The translations under genes were made by a program, and so were the position numbers. Below the pieces are notes generated by a model that was not told the DNA's origin, did not search any database, and saw only the letters and a program-made list of their open reading frames with translations. This document shows positions 9,140 through 17,875 of a DNA stretch of 64,000 nt, in pieces. Position 1 is the stretch's first letter, and every line of letters begins with the position of its first letter. Origin of the DNA: Microcoleus sp. bin48.metabat.b7b8b9.023 (GTDB taxonomy: Bacteria; Cyanobacteriota; Cyanobacteriia; Cyanobacteriales; Microcoleaceae); contig NZ_JAAFKG010000040.1 of the NCBI RefSeq assembly GCF_013299185.1, positions 2,867 through 66,866 on the forward strand. The letters are read 5' to 3'.

Positions 9140-9209
9140 AGGTACGTTGTTGGGCTTTAGCCCTCTTTCATAAGACTAGCAAAGAGGGCTAAAGCCCAAC
9201 AACGTACCT
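9140..9209. repeat. 29-bp perfect-stem hairpin of the GGTACGTTGTTG family (possible bidirectional terminator)
   Basis: aggtacgttgttgggctttagccctcttt (9140-9168), a 12-nt loop, then aaagagggctaaagcccaacaacgtacct (9181-9209). It lies between convergent genes ending at 9131 and 9289. Confidence 0.85.
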
Positions 9210-9288
9210 TGGCCAGCCTTTTGGTAGTTTTATATATGCTATCCTGACAATTAAACCGCACCTTACAGCTTTTTACTTCTTTCTTCTA

Positions 9289-10740
9289 CTAAGCCATTTT
9301 ATTTAGTTCTGCTGCGGTTTGGTTGAGCAGTTCCGTACTGACTTTAACTTGAGCAAGGCTAGTAGCAGTTTCTGTTGCTCCTAAGTTAACATGGTTCATT
9401 GCTGCGAGCACTTGTTCAATTGCGATCGCCTGTTGGTTAGCATTCAGAGCAATTTGTTGATTGTTCAAAAATACCTTGTCTATCGCCTCTGCTACACCGG
9501 CAAAAATTTCTGTTGTCCCCCTAGCTTGTGTAATTCCTTGTGCTGCGGTTTTTGAACCTTCATCCGTTACCATCACCGTGTAGCCGATCGCAACTTGAAT
9601 TTCTTTAGCTAGAGCATTAATTTTATCCGCTGATTGTTTGCTTTCATCAGCTAGCCGCCTAATTTCTGTCGCGACTACAGCAAAACCCTTGCCATTTTCC
9701 CCAGCACGCACTGCTTCCACAGCGGCATTAAGAGCTAGCATATTTGTTTGGTTAGCGAGATCGGCTACCAGGTCAGAAATCCCACTAATTTTAACAGTAT
9801 TTTCGTTCAAGTATGTAATCTGTTTGGCGATCGCGTCTACTTTTTCTTGCAGAGTTACTATTCCCTTCATCGTCTTTTCTACAGATTGATTTCCAGACTC
9901 AGCTAGGGTTAGTGCTTGATGGGACGAGACTGCTGATGCTTCTGCTTGCTTGGCTGACATGGACGATGCAACACTTAACTCGTTCATCGTCGCAGTCGTT
10001 TGATTCACAGCATTGGCTTGCTGAGATATCGTGTATTCTTGTCGCTCGACTGCGGCAGTAATTTGCATGGAAGAAGAAACAATCTTTTTGACAGATTGCA
10101 CTATCGGGTTAACAATATCGCGGCTGACGATCGCAGTCAAGATTGCTGCGGACAACAAAGCAAAACTCAGAGTACAGACTAGCAAAACTGTCAAACCCTG
10201 AATATTGGCTTCAATTTCCTGATGTTTTGTTTCGCCAACTTTTCGCTGGAGTTGGATTAGTTCTGAAAAAGCCTCAACTGTTTCGGCACCAAAAGGAGTT
10301 GTCGTAGCTGCGCGATACTCTGCTGCTTCCTTAAGTTTACCTGTTTGCTGCAACTCAAACCACTTAGGTCTGGCCGCAATATACCTGTGATAAGCATCTT
10401 GCAGCTTATGGAAAGCAACTTGCTCTTCTGCGGTGAGTTCCCCTTTGGCATATTCTCGCAGGTTATCGTCAATTATTTTGTATAATTGTGGCTCTTCGGT
10501 CAAAATGTCCGATCGCTTGGATGGTAAAACGATAAACTGTGGGAAGCCGTAACGCAGCTTCCATAAAGCTGACTCTGAGTTGGCTAGAGCCACCGTCCCC
10601 TTAACTTGATATGCGTACAATTTCTCCGCATCTTGTGCTAATTCAACAGTATTCCGCCAACCCACAAATCCGACAACTGCGAGTAAAGCAGTCAAAGCTC
10701 CAAAGCTAGCCAACAATTTAGCCCGAATTCCTAAGTTCAT
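9289..10740 (-). CDS. methyl-accepting chemotaxis protein
   Basis: N-terminal TM, four-helix sensor region and a second TM. Highly conserved signalling hairpin [35 protein letters not shown]. Confidence 0.9.
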   Translation of the reverse strand: MNLGIRAKLLASFGALTALLAVVGFVGWRNTVELAQDAEKLYAYQVKGTVALANSESALWKLRYGFPQFIVLPSKRSDILTEEPQLYKIIDDNLREYAKGELTAEEQVAFHKLQDAYHRYIAARPKWFELQQTGKLKEAAEYRAATTTPFGAETVEAFSELIQLQRKVGETKHQEIEANIQGLTVLLVCTLSFALLSAAILTAIVSRDIVNPIVQSVKKIVSSSMQITAAVERQEYTISQQANAVNQTTATMNELSVASSMSAKQAEASAVSSHQALTLAESGNQSVEKTMKGIVTLQEKVDAIAKQITYLNENTVKISGISDLVADLANQTNMLALNAAVEAVRAGENGKGFAVVATEIRRLADESKQSADKINALAKEIQVAIGYTVMVTDEGSKTAAQGITQARGTTEIFAGVAEAIDKVFLNNQQIALNANQQAIAIEQVLAAMNHVNLGATETATSLAQVKVSTELLNQTAAELNKMA

Positions 10741-11375
10741 TGTTTTTGCTAATTTGCAATAGAGTGTTTCCTAGCAGGGCTATTAATAGCAGTTATGGAC
10801 GCACCAACATTCAATAGACTTGCATGGCATTCATTAGCTCGCTTTTCTTTGAATTATCTGCGTTCATCTGCGTCGATCTGCCTTACATCTGCGGTTGACT
10901 GATATGTTAACCGCAGATACAATTCCAGTCTAGTCAACTACTGTTTCAATTGTGGCGATCGCAATCCAGGATATTTTTGGGTCAATTATGGACGCAAGAA
11001 CGCCACAGATTGGCTCTTCCCACATTGGGCGCCCTCGGTTTTTACTTGTTTTTATAGAGCTATTAAGCTATAAATTATACTTTTATACCGCGTGTTAAGT
11101 AATGAAAATTTTTTTAAAAGGCATAATTTATTACTGTAAGGATGGATTATTCTCAGTAATTATACTCTGTGAGCCTATTCCTAAGCGGGTGCGGAATGTG
11201 CGATCTCAAGCATGGCAATTTGCCATACCACAAAGTGCTTGTATAGCAGATTAGTGCATCCAGAATTCTTCGTCAAAAACGTTTTTGTGTACATTCCAGC
11301 AAAGTTCGATCGCCCGTTGCGACCTTAGCTAGCTAGAATGTCCAATTTGGATTCAAACAAATAACTGGCTTATCC

Positions 11376-11894
11376 TTACTTTTCCTCAGCAGTCTGGGAC
11401 GGCCAGAGATAGATAGCGCCAGAAATTAAAGTTAAACCCACAGAAACCCAAAACGCAATTAATGCCGGAACGTTCCAGTCTTCGGAGAGGGGAGCGATTA
11501 AAAGTGCGATCGCCACAATCTGACTCACCGTCTTCAACTTGCCCCAAATATTAGCTCCCGAAATCGTAGTTTTATTAACACGCCACCCCGCAATTGTCAA
11601 CTCCCGCCCCAAAATTAAAAACACTGCCCAAGCCGGGACTTTACCCAACTCAATCAATACTAAAAGCGGCGCGAGTACCAACAATTTATCCACCAAAGGG
11701 TCGAGAAATTTGCCCAAATCGGTAATTTGGTTCAGCTTTCTAGCCAAATACCCGTCCAGCCAATCAGTAGCTGCGGCTACCACAAAAATCGCGGTACAAA
11801 TCCAACGGCTTTGCGCGCTTGGGTCGTACAAACCGTAGAGCAGAAACGGCACTCCCAGCAAGCGAGAAAAAGTAATCAAATTAGGCAAATTCAT
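11376..11894 (-). CDS. pgsA: CDP-diacylglycerol--glycerol-3-phosphate 3-phosphatidyltransferase
   Basis: CDP-alcohol phosphatidyltransferase motif DWLDGYLARKLNQITDLGKFLDPLVDK (D-G-x2-A-R-x8-G-x3-D-x3-D). Size of 172 aa with 4-5 TM segments. Confidence 0.88.
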   Translation of the reverse strand: MNLPNLITFSRLLGVPFLLYGLYDPSAQSRWICTAIFVVAAATDWLDGYLARKLNQITDLGKFLDPLVDKLLVLAPLLVLIELGKVPAWAVFLILGRELTIAGWRVNKTTISGANIWGKLKTVSQIVAIALLIAPLSEDWNVPALIAFWVSVGLTLISGAIYLWPSQTAEEK

Positions 11895-11898
11895 AAGA

Positions 11899-12047
11899 CA
11901 GTTAATAGTTGACAGCGTTAATCAGTTGACAGTTGACAGTTGACAGTTGACAGCGTTAATCAGTTGACAGTTGACAGTTGAGCGCAGTCGAAGGGTTGAC
12001 AGCTTGCCCCCCGATCGCACTTGAAGAGTTAACAGTTGACAGTTGAC
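11899..12047. repeat. (CAGTTGA)n heptamer arrays, interrupted
   Basis: Several runs of cagttgacagttgacagttga separated by gcgttaat, starting 5 nt upstream of the pgsA start codon. Confidence 0.95.
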
Positions 12048-12079
12048 CAAAAGAAGAAAGATAAAGGAATAGAAAACAA

Positions 12080-12112
12080 TTAAGGGCAAGCTTGTAAAAA
12101 GCTTGCCCTTAA
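12080..12112 (-). terminator. Intrinsic terminator candidate downstream of the sugar transferase gene
   Basis: Perfect 14-bp stem ttaagggcaagctt / aagcttgcccttaa with a 5-nt loop. On the minus strand it is followed by ttgttttctatt. Confidence 0.55.
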
Positions 12113-12223
12113 TTTAGCATTTTTTGGTAGCTGTTTAACTTTGAGCAAAACAGCTTTTAACTTAATATTCATCTAATCGAAGCTCACAAAAAACAACCCA
12201 AAACAACCGATCGACTAAATCGA

Positions 12224-12958
12224 TTAACACGCACCCTGTTTATTCAATACAACCCAAATAGTTTTGCAAATCAGGCTGATGTCGTAGACAACAGACCACT
12301 TGCGCTGATAGTCTAGATCCATGCGTACAATATCGTCAAAGTCTTTAACTCCAGAGCGTCCGTTGACTTGCCACTCCCCAGTCAGACCGGGTTTGACATT
12401 TAAACGCTGCCAGTGAAAATCGCCGTAGCCTGCGACCTCATCGGGAGTTGGTGGTCGAGTTCCCACCAAACTCATGTCCCCGACTAGCACGTTCCAGAAT
12501 TGAGGCAACTCGTCCAAACTTGTGCACCGCAAAAAGCTGCCGATGGGGGTAATTCGCGGGTCATTGTCATTCTTGAAAATGTGACCCTTGGCTTGGTTGG
12601 TAACTAGGTGTTTGAGATTTTCTGCACCTACAACCATCGATCGAAATTTCCAGATTCTGAAATGCCGTCCTTTGAAGCCACAGCGAACCTGACTGTAGAG
12701 GAGCGGGCCCCGACTGTTCAAAAGCATCACTACCGCTACCGGCACGGCCACCGCCACAGCAATTGCCAATCCTAGCAACGAGCCCAAAATATCGATCGAC
12801 CGCTTGACCTTACTTGTTACGGATCGGTGAAGTGGCTGTTTTGATACACAAACTCTGTAAGTAGGTTTCGGAATAAATAACGAAAGCATTTCTGATAACA
12901 CTGATAATTTAGAAGCACCCATCACAAATTTCATCTGATTAGTCTCAAGATTTAACAC
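12224..12958 (-). CDS. undecaprenyl-phosphate sugar phosphotransferase (bacterial sugar transferase, WbaP/ExoY-like)
   Basis: One N-terminal TM, then PLLYSQVRCGFKGRHFRIWKFRSM and LDELPQFWNVLVGDMSLVGTRPP, the hallmark blocks of PF02397-type transferases. Start could be an internal Met. Confidence 0.85.
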   Translation of the reverse strand: MLNLETNQMKFVMGASKLSVLSEMLSLFIPKPTYRVCVSKQPLHRSVTSKVKRSIDILGSLLGLAIAVAVAVPVAVVMLLNSRGPLLYSQVRCGFKGRHFRIWKFRSMVVGAENLKHLVTNQAKGHIFKNDNDPRITPIGSFLRCTSLDELPQFWNVLVGDMSLVGTRPPTPDEVAGYGDFHWQRLNVKPGLTGEWQVNGRSGVKDFDDIVRMDLDYQRKWSVVYDISLICKTIWVVLNKQGAC

Positions 12959-13208
12959 GATCTCACGTCTATCTTATGAAACTCTCCCGATCGCGAGAAG
13001 AGGAACTCCAGGGCTTTGCACAATCTTTAAAAAGCTGCTACTCTTTTATAAAGTTTCTGTATATTTATTTTAAAAATGTATAAATTTTAGGTAAAATTAA
13101 CTAGATTCAACAAAAAAAGTGAGTTTTTGAGCGCCACAAACCCGGTTTTTATAAGCAATATTCGGGAAGAAAAGGAGAATTCGCCTCAGAAAACCGGTTT
13201 TTTGCAGT

Positions 13209-13366
13209 TTACCAGAAAGAATCGGTTGAAAGCCCCAAGCAAGCCTTCGAGGGAGAAAATAAAATCAGACTATTCATTACTCCAATCCTCGGACTTCTAG
13301 GTAGAGGTCGCTCTCCTTCGGTCAAGCTGTCAACTGTCAACTGTCAACTGTCAACTGTCAACTGTT
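13209..13366 (-). repeat. Heptamer-linked module, copy A ((CAGTTGA)5 at 13328-13366 plus ~105-nt module at 13209-13313)
   Basis: Minus-strand reading: stop of the 1441-aa gene, then cagttga x5, then gagcgacctctacctagaagtccgaggattggagtaatgaatagtctgattttattttctccctcgaagg...ggggctttcaaccgattctttctggtaaa. Confidence 0.9.
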
Positions 13367-16300
13367 TACCGATCGATATCCGTGGGAATATCCCAAGCAA
13401 TTGTTAGTGGCTCCAACAATTTTTGCTGGCTGCTAGAGGCAAGTTTGCCTAAATATTCGCGAACAACAGAGGCGTGTTCCACATTCAAACGATAACCCCG
13501 CGAAACATCTTCAAAGAAAAGCGGCTCCGCCAAAATTGCTTGCCAATCCGGATTTTGCCTCGACTCCTCGGCTAGCAGCATAAAATCTTCCTCCTCTGGC
13601 AAAAGCCCCGCCGGCAATCTTCCTTCCAAAATCCCCAGAATTCGGGGCTCGCAGGTGCGGGTGTTCACGCCCTGGCGTTCGAGCAACTGCAAAATTTCCT
13701 CAAAGCTCAGAGTTTTTGGGCCCAAAATCTGCATTAATTCCCACAGCAGAAAAAAGTCGCTGTACTGTTGCTGTCGCACATCCAAAATTTGAGGATAGAG
13801 AGCTAAACTTGCCAACCCGCAGGCAACTTGACCGCTTTTTTTTGAAGAGTTTGTGCTTTGAAATACGGAATTTGAGGCGAAATTGTAAATTTCCGAAATA
13901 TCTCGATCGCTCTCCAATTCGCGATCTTGAACCACGATCGCATTCGGCAGCTTTTGCCGCAACCAGCGGGCGATCGCAGGCCAACCACCCATGCCCCCAG
14001 TACAAATCGCCTGATTGATTCCCGCCGGCGACATTCCCGCACGGCTGAGTAAAGCATTCAATTCACGATTCAACTGCTGTACAAAAGGCACTAAAACCAA
14101 ACTTTCTAAATCTCGACGCTTCACTTCCCAATGCTGCTGGTCAATATCAAAAGCAAAAGTTTCTTGATGTTGCAAAATAACTTTCAAATGCCTTGCCACC
14201 TCTAACAATTGCAGGCCAAAATCTGAAGCTTGCAACCGCTGCTGCAATTGATAGCGACTCGGTAAATCTGGATGACCAGGACGCGGCAAATCGATCGACA
14301 TTCCCCAAGTTTCATTCTTAGCCAACAACTGACAAATAATATCCTGATCGAAAGCATTGCCAGCCGCATCAAAACTTTGGCAAGTAAAATCAGCACGAGT
14401 TAAATTTTGAAGATTTTCCGGCAACTCAACTACAGCTAATTCCACCGTGGCAGCCCCCGCATTCACAATCAAAGTTCCCCCACTAAAAGAGGAAGCATTG
14501 ACAGTTAGCGGTGCAGCTTCTGCAAGGGAGCTTTCAATAGTATCCACCGCCGCAGATTGCTCTCCTGTGGCATTTTTCATAGGAGTTACAGCAGCAACCA
14601 AAGTGGCGATCGCATCGGGAACCACAAAAATTTGCGCCCCCGAAGCCACCAGATCCGCGCCCAAAACAGCCTCCCGCAGGTTAAACCCATAGGCCTGAGA
14701 CCAGCTCGCTGGAGTCCCCAAAATCACACCCTGCAAGTCTTGCAGCGCCGCATCCAGAGTTTCTGGCGTCAGTCCCGAAGCTTTACAGATTAAATGGGAA
14801 ATTGGCAATAGAGCAGAATTCGCCTCCGGGCTGGCAAAATCCACAACTTCCGGCGATGTGCGAAATTTTTGCCCCTGGTGCTTTCGATTCAAAGTAGCCA
14901 GCAGCGCCCGCACAGCGTGCAGCGGTAGGGCGATCGACACAGCCAGATCGGATGACCACTGCAACAGCGGTTCGTACATCCCACCAGCTTCCCGCTGATA
15001 AGGAATGCCCACCTTTAAAGGCAATTTAAAATTTTGCAATAAAAATTCTCCCGCACGCAAATCCAACTGCGGGGATCCCACCGACTTGACTGTCACCTGC
15101 GGGCCACTGGTGGCGGTTGGGGCTGTTTCCTCGATCGCCGCGACTGAGGGAATCCGAAAGCTGGCGCTGGCTGCGGAAACCTCAGCCTGGGCTGTTTCCC
15201 AGTAAATTGGGTGCAACTGGCCGCTGGCGCGATCGAGCAAAGCCGCCGACAGCCCGCTGGAACCAAAATCAAGGCCCAAATACCAGCGAGAATTCGGGCG
15301 TTTTTGGGATGGAGAGGATGAAGGGGCGATCGCACCTGGAACAGAATGCAGCGCTGACTCTTGCTGCTGCCCAACACCAAATTCCCTAGATTCGGTTATC
15401 TCCTCAACAACCCCGGCTTTACTCTGTCTGGAAATTAGGTTTTTTTTTTGACTTTTTGGAGGATTTGACGGCAGTTCCTCGGTTTCCGGAGTTTGGGCCA
15501 CTTCTGGATCGGTATCCTTCAAACTCGCCAAAATCTCGTCTAGCGTCAAATTCGATTCATCTTCACCAGCAAACAAATCATCCTCAAGTTCATCCTCCAA
15601 AACAAAGGGTTCATCTTCAGATGAAAGTTCCAACTCATCGGAGAACAAATCCTCCAGCGATCCGAGTTCTTCCTCCGCCACTTCCGCAAAGGGATTGTCT
15701 GCACCGTCGTCGGGGGAACTCGCCAATAAATCCAAGTTGTTAGAAGCACTTGAAGTCGATCGCCTTGGAGCATTACGATCCGAACCCTCGAGATTGTAGA
15801 GGTCTGCCTCCAACAGTTCCATCGTACTCACATCCAACTTGAGAGCTCGATCGAGGTCATCTTCTAATGCCTCAACCGGCAGCAAATCCTCCTCCGGCGA
15901 AGCTTGGATGTAAACATCGTTGAGCCCTTGGGACGAGCTTCCAAAATCTCCAGTTTGAACATCACGGGCACTGGGTACGCGGGGGTTCCTGGGTTGGTTC
16001 GAGCTAATTCGATCGCCCGCGCTCGCAGTCGGGGGATGAGGCTCAGGATGTGGCCCCGGCACAGCAGCAGTGTCGAAATGCTCGCCTAGGTTTTGAGCCA
16101 TTTCTAGATTTTCTCGATCGTCCAAATCAAGTTGCGGCTCGATCGAACTTAAGGCTGACGGTGCTGAAACTTCAGCTACTGTTGTAACTTGCGGTTCAAA
16201 TAAATCTTCAGTATCTAAAGTTAGAGTCTCTACAGAATTACCGATTGCAAATTCTGAATCTTCATCTGCTAGAACATCTTCCAGCGATTCGCCTTCATCC

Positions 16301-17691
16301 AGTAGATTTGCAAACAAATCTTCCGCAGAATTTAGGGGTTCTGTAGTTTCACGCTCTGCCACTGGTGGAGATGGTACCGCTTCTGTGGCGGCAGAACTTT
16401 CCGTATTTTCGATCGTAAAATCTTCCAGTTCTAATTCTAGTTCTGCGACTGTTTCTCCCGCGAACAAACTAGCGTACAAATCCTCAATATTTTCGTCATT
16501 TTCTGCTAATAAATTTTCCGAATCAGCACCCGAAAAGCGAGTTACCTGTGGAGGGATTTCCGGTGAAGAACCGAACAAATTATCTTCCAAATCCGGGAGC
16601 GAGAGAGGGGTTTCAATGCGATCGCGATCGCGCCTCAACTTTCCGAATTGCGAAGAAATTTCTGTCCCGGCGTAGGGCAATCTGTCTTGTTCTCCGAGTT
16701 CGCCACTGTGCTCTTCACTTTCGGCATCGGCTGATGAGTGAATCTTGGTATTTGAGAAGCCACCAGTAGCAACAGAGCGATCGGATGCGGTTGGGGATCC
16801 TGTTTCGACATTTGCCAGGGCGATCGGCTGCTGCACGTAGGAAGAGGCTTCTCGTCCCAACTGTGCGACCAAGTGATTGACAAAAGTCGCGAACATTGCC
16901 TCGCTCTGCTGGCTCAAACCATGCATATTTTCAAGTCCTTGGGACAAGGAAGCTTGATAGCTTTGCAGATTTGCTTCCAAAGCCTCGAACACAATACCCA
17001 TCGTAGAATCGAGCCTCATCAGCAGACTGTCAGCACTAGCTTGGAACCGTTGCATTTGCTCCAATCTCTGAGCCGGTGTTAGCAGCGGGAGTTCTTCTGA
17101 GGTTTGTGCGGTTAAAGCCGATTGCTGCGATTGTGCGCCAGTGCTTGGTAATAATTGATTTTCTAGGCCGCCCAAAATTTGGGATAAATCGCGATCCAAA
17201 GTTTCTTCCAAGCGCCCCGTCAGTACCTGCAAGAATTCAGAAATGATTTGCTGTTGGTTTGCTTGTTGCTGAGCTAGGGATTGTTGTTGCTGCCGTTTTG
17301 CTTCTAGCTGTTTGATTTCTTGAATGAGGGCTTGTTGCTCTTGTCGCAGAGCTACTATTTCTTCTTGGAGCGGCCCCGTCAAACCCGATCGCAGGTTGGT
17401 GATTTCCTCGGTGACGGCAAGCATAATTTGCTCTGTTGCTGAGGGGCGATCGATCCTCGGGGGCATTTTGGGTACTGGAACTGGTTCCGGGCGGACAGTT
17501 GGGCTGGCGGGCCCCTTGCGGGCAGTTACCTTTGACTCCGAGGAAACCAGATAAGTGCGAACTCGCTCTAAAAGCTGGCGCTGGTGGACAGTATCGATCG
17601 AACCCGTCCAAGGCAAGCGGGGTGCGGGCTTGCTGAGTACCTCATCAATCTCAGCAATCAGTGCTTGAATTTTGTACTTCTGAGAATTCAA
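13366..17691 (-). CDS. giant multidomain protein: N-terminal coiled coil, ~450-aa acidic low-complexity region, C-terminal Hsp70/actin-like (ASKHA) ATPase-like domain
   Basis: Uninterrupted 1441-codon ORF. Q-rich heptad region (LRQEQQALIQEIKQLEAKRQQQQSLAQQQ). D/E-rich middle. WYLGLDFGSSGLSAAL (phosphate-1-like), LIVNAGAATVELAVV (phosphate-2-like) and ICTGGMGGWPAI (adenosine-like). The only available start is TTG at 17691. Confidence 0.75.
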   Translation of the reverse strand: MNSQKYKIQALIAEIDEVLSKPAPRLPWTGSIDTVHQRQLLERVRTYLVSSESKVTARKGPASPTVRPEPVPVPKMPPRIDRPSATEQIMLAVTEEITNLRSGLTGPLQEEIVALRQEQQALIQEIKQLEAKRQQQQSLAQQQANQQQIISEFLQVLTGRLEETLDRDLSQILGGLENQLLPSTGAQSQQSALTAQTSEELPLLTPAQRLEQMQRFQASADSLLMRLDSTMGIVFEALEANLQSYQASLSQGLENMHGLSQQSEAMFATFVNHLVAQLGREASSYVQQPIALANVETGSPTASDRSVATGGFSNTKIHSSADAESEEHSGELGEQDRLPYAGTEISSQFGKLRRDRDRIETPLSLPDLEDNLFGSSPEIPPQVTRFSGADSENLLAENDENIEDLYASLFAGETVAELELELEDFTIENTESSAATEAVPSPPVAERETTEPLNSAEDLFANLLDEGESLEDVLADEDSEFAIGNSVETLTLDTEDLFEPQVTTVAEVSAPSALSSIEPQLDLDDRENLEMAQNLGEHFDTAAVPGPHPEPHPPTASAGDRISSNQPRNPRVPSARDVQTGDFGSSSQGLNDVYIQASPEEDLLPVEALEDDLDRALKLDVSTMELLEADLYNLEGSDRNAPRRSTSSASNNLDLLASSPDDGADNPFAEVAEEELGSLEDLFSDELELSSEDEPFVLEDELEDDLFAGEDESNLTLDEILASLKDTDPEVAQTPETEELPSNPPKSQKKNLISRQSKAGVVEEITESREFGVGQQQESALHSVPGAIAPSSSPSQKRPNSRWYLGLDFGSSGLSAALLDRASGQLHPIYWETAQAEVSAASASFRIPSVAAIEETAPTATSGPQVTVKSVGSPQLDLRAGEFLLQNFKLPLKVGIPYQREAGGMYEPLLQWSSDLAVSIALPLHAVRALLATLNRKHQGQKFRTSPEVVDFASPEANSALLPISHLICKASGLTPETLDAALQDLQGVILGTPASWSQAYGFNLREAVLGADLVASGAQIFVVPDAIATLVAAVTPMKNATGEQSAAVDTIESSLAEAAPLTVNASSFSGGTLIVNAGAATVELAVVELPENLQNLTRADFTCQSFDAAGNAFDQDIICQLLAKNETWGMSIDLPRPGHPDLPSRYQLQQRLQASDFGLQLLEVARHLKVILQHQETFAFDIDQQHWEVKRRDLESLVLVPFVQQLNRELNALLSRAGMSPAGINQAICTGGMGGWPAIARWLRQKLPNAIVVQDRELESDRDISEIYNFASNSVFQSTNSSKKSGQVACGLASLALYPQILDVRQQQYSDFFLLWELMQILGPKTLSFEEILQLLERQGVNTRTCEPRILGILEGRLPAGLLPEEEDFMLLAEESRQNPDWQAILAEPLFFEDVSRGYRLNVEHASVVREYLGKLASSSQQKLLEPLTIAWDIPTDIDR

Positions 17692-17875
17692 GGGCGGAAC
17701 CTCTGGGAATGCGGCTAGAGAGAAATTTTAATTGAAAAAAGATTGAAATCAGGCGGCAGCTATGCCAATAGATAGAATCATCTGAATGCGAGTCGGTCAA
17801 TAATTGACTAATATTTGCTGACAACTTTGAATTAACCGATACTTTTTTGCTAATATTTACTAACAAACACACAAG

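Noticed and set aside
10741-11375. A 635-bp spacer with repeated agttatggacgcaccaaca / caattatggacgcaagaacgcc and the hairpin atctgcggtt...aaccgcagat, considered as a possible sRNA or regulatory region.
   Set aside because: There are only two short imperfect direct repeats, plus a member of the CTCTGCG...GGTTAA repeat family. The evidence is insufficient for any call.
14447-17636. Numerous 60-125-aa ORFs on both strands inside 13366-17691.
   Set aside because: All are nested in the uninterrupted 1441-codon ORF, have skewed low-complexity composition and lack motifs. They are treated as shadow ORFs.
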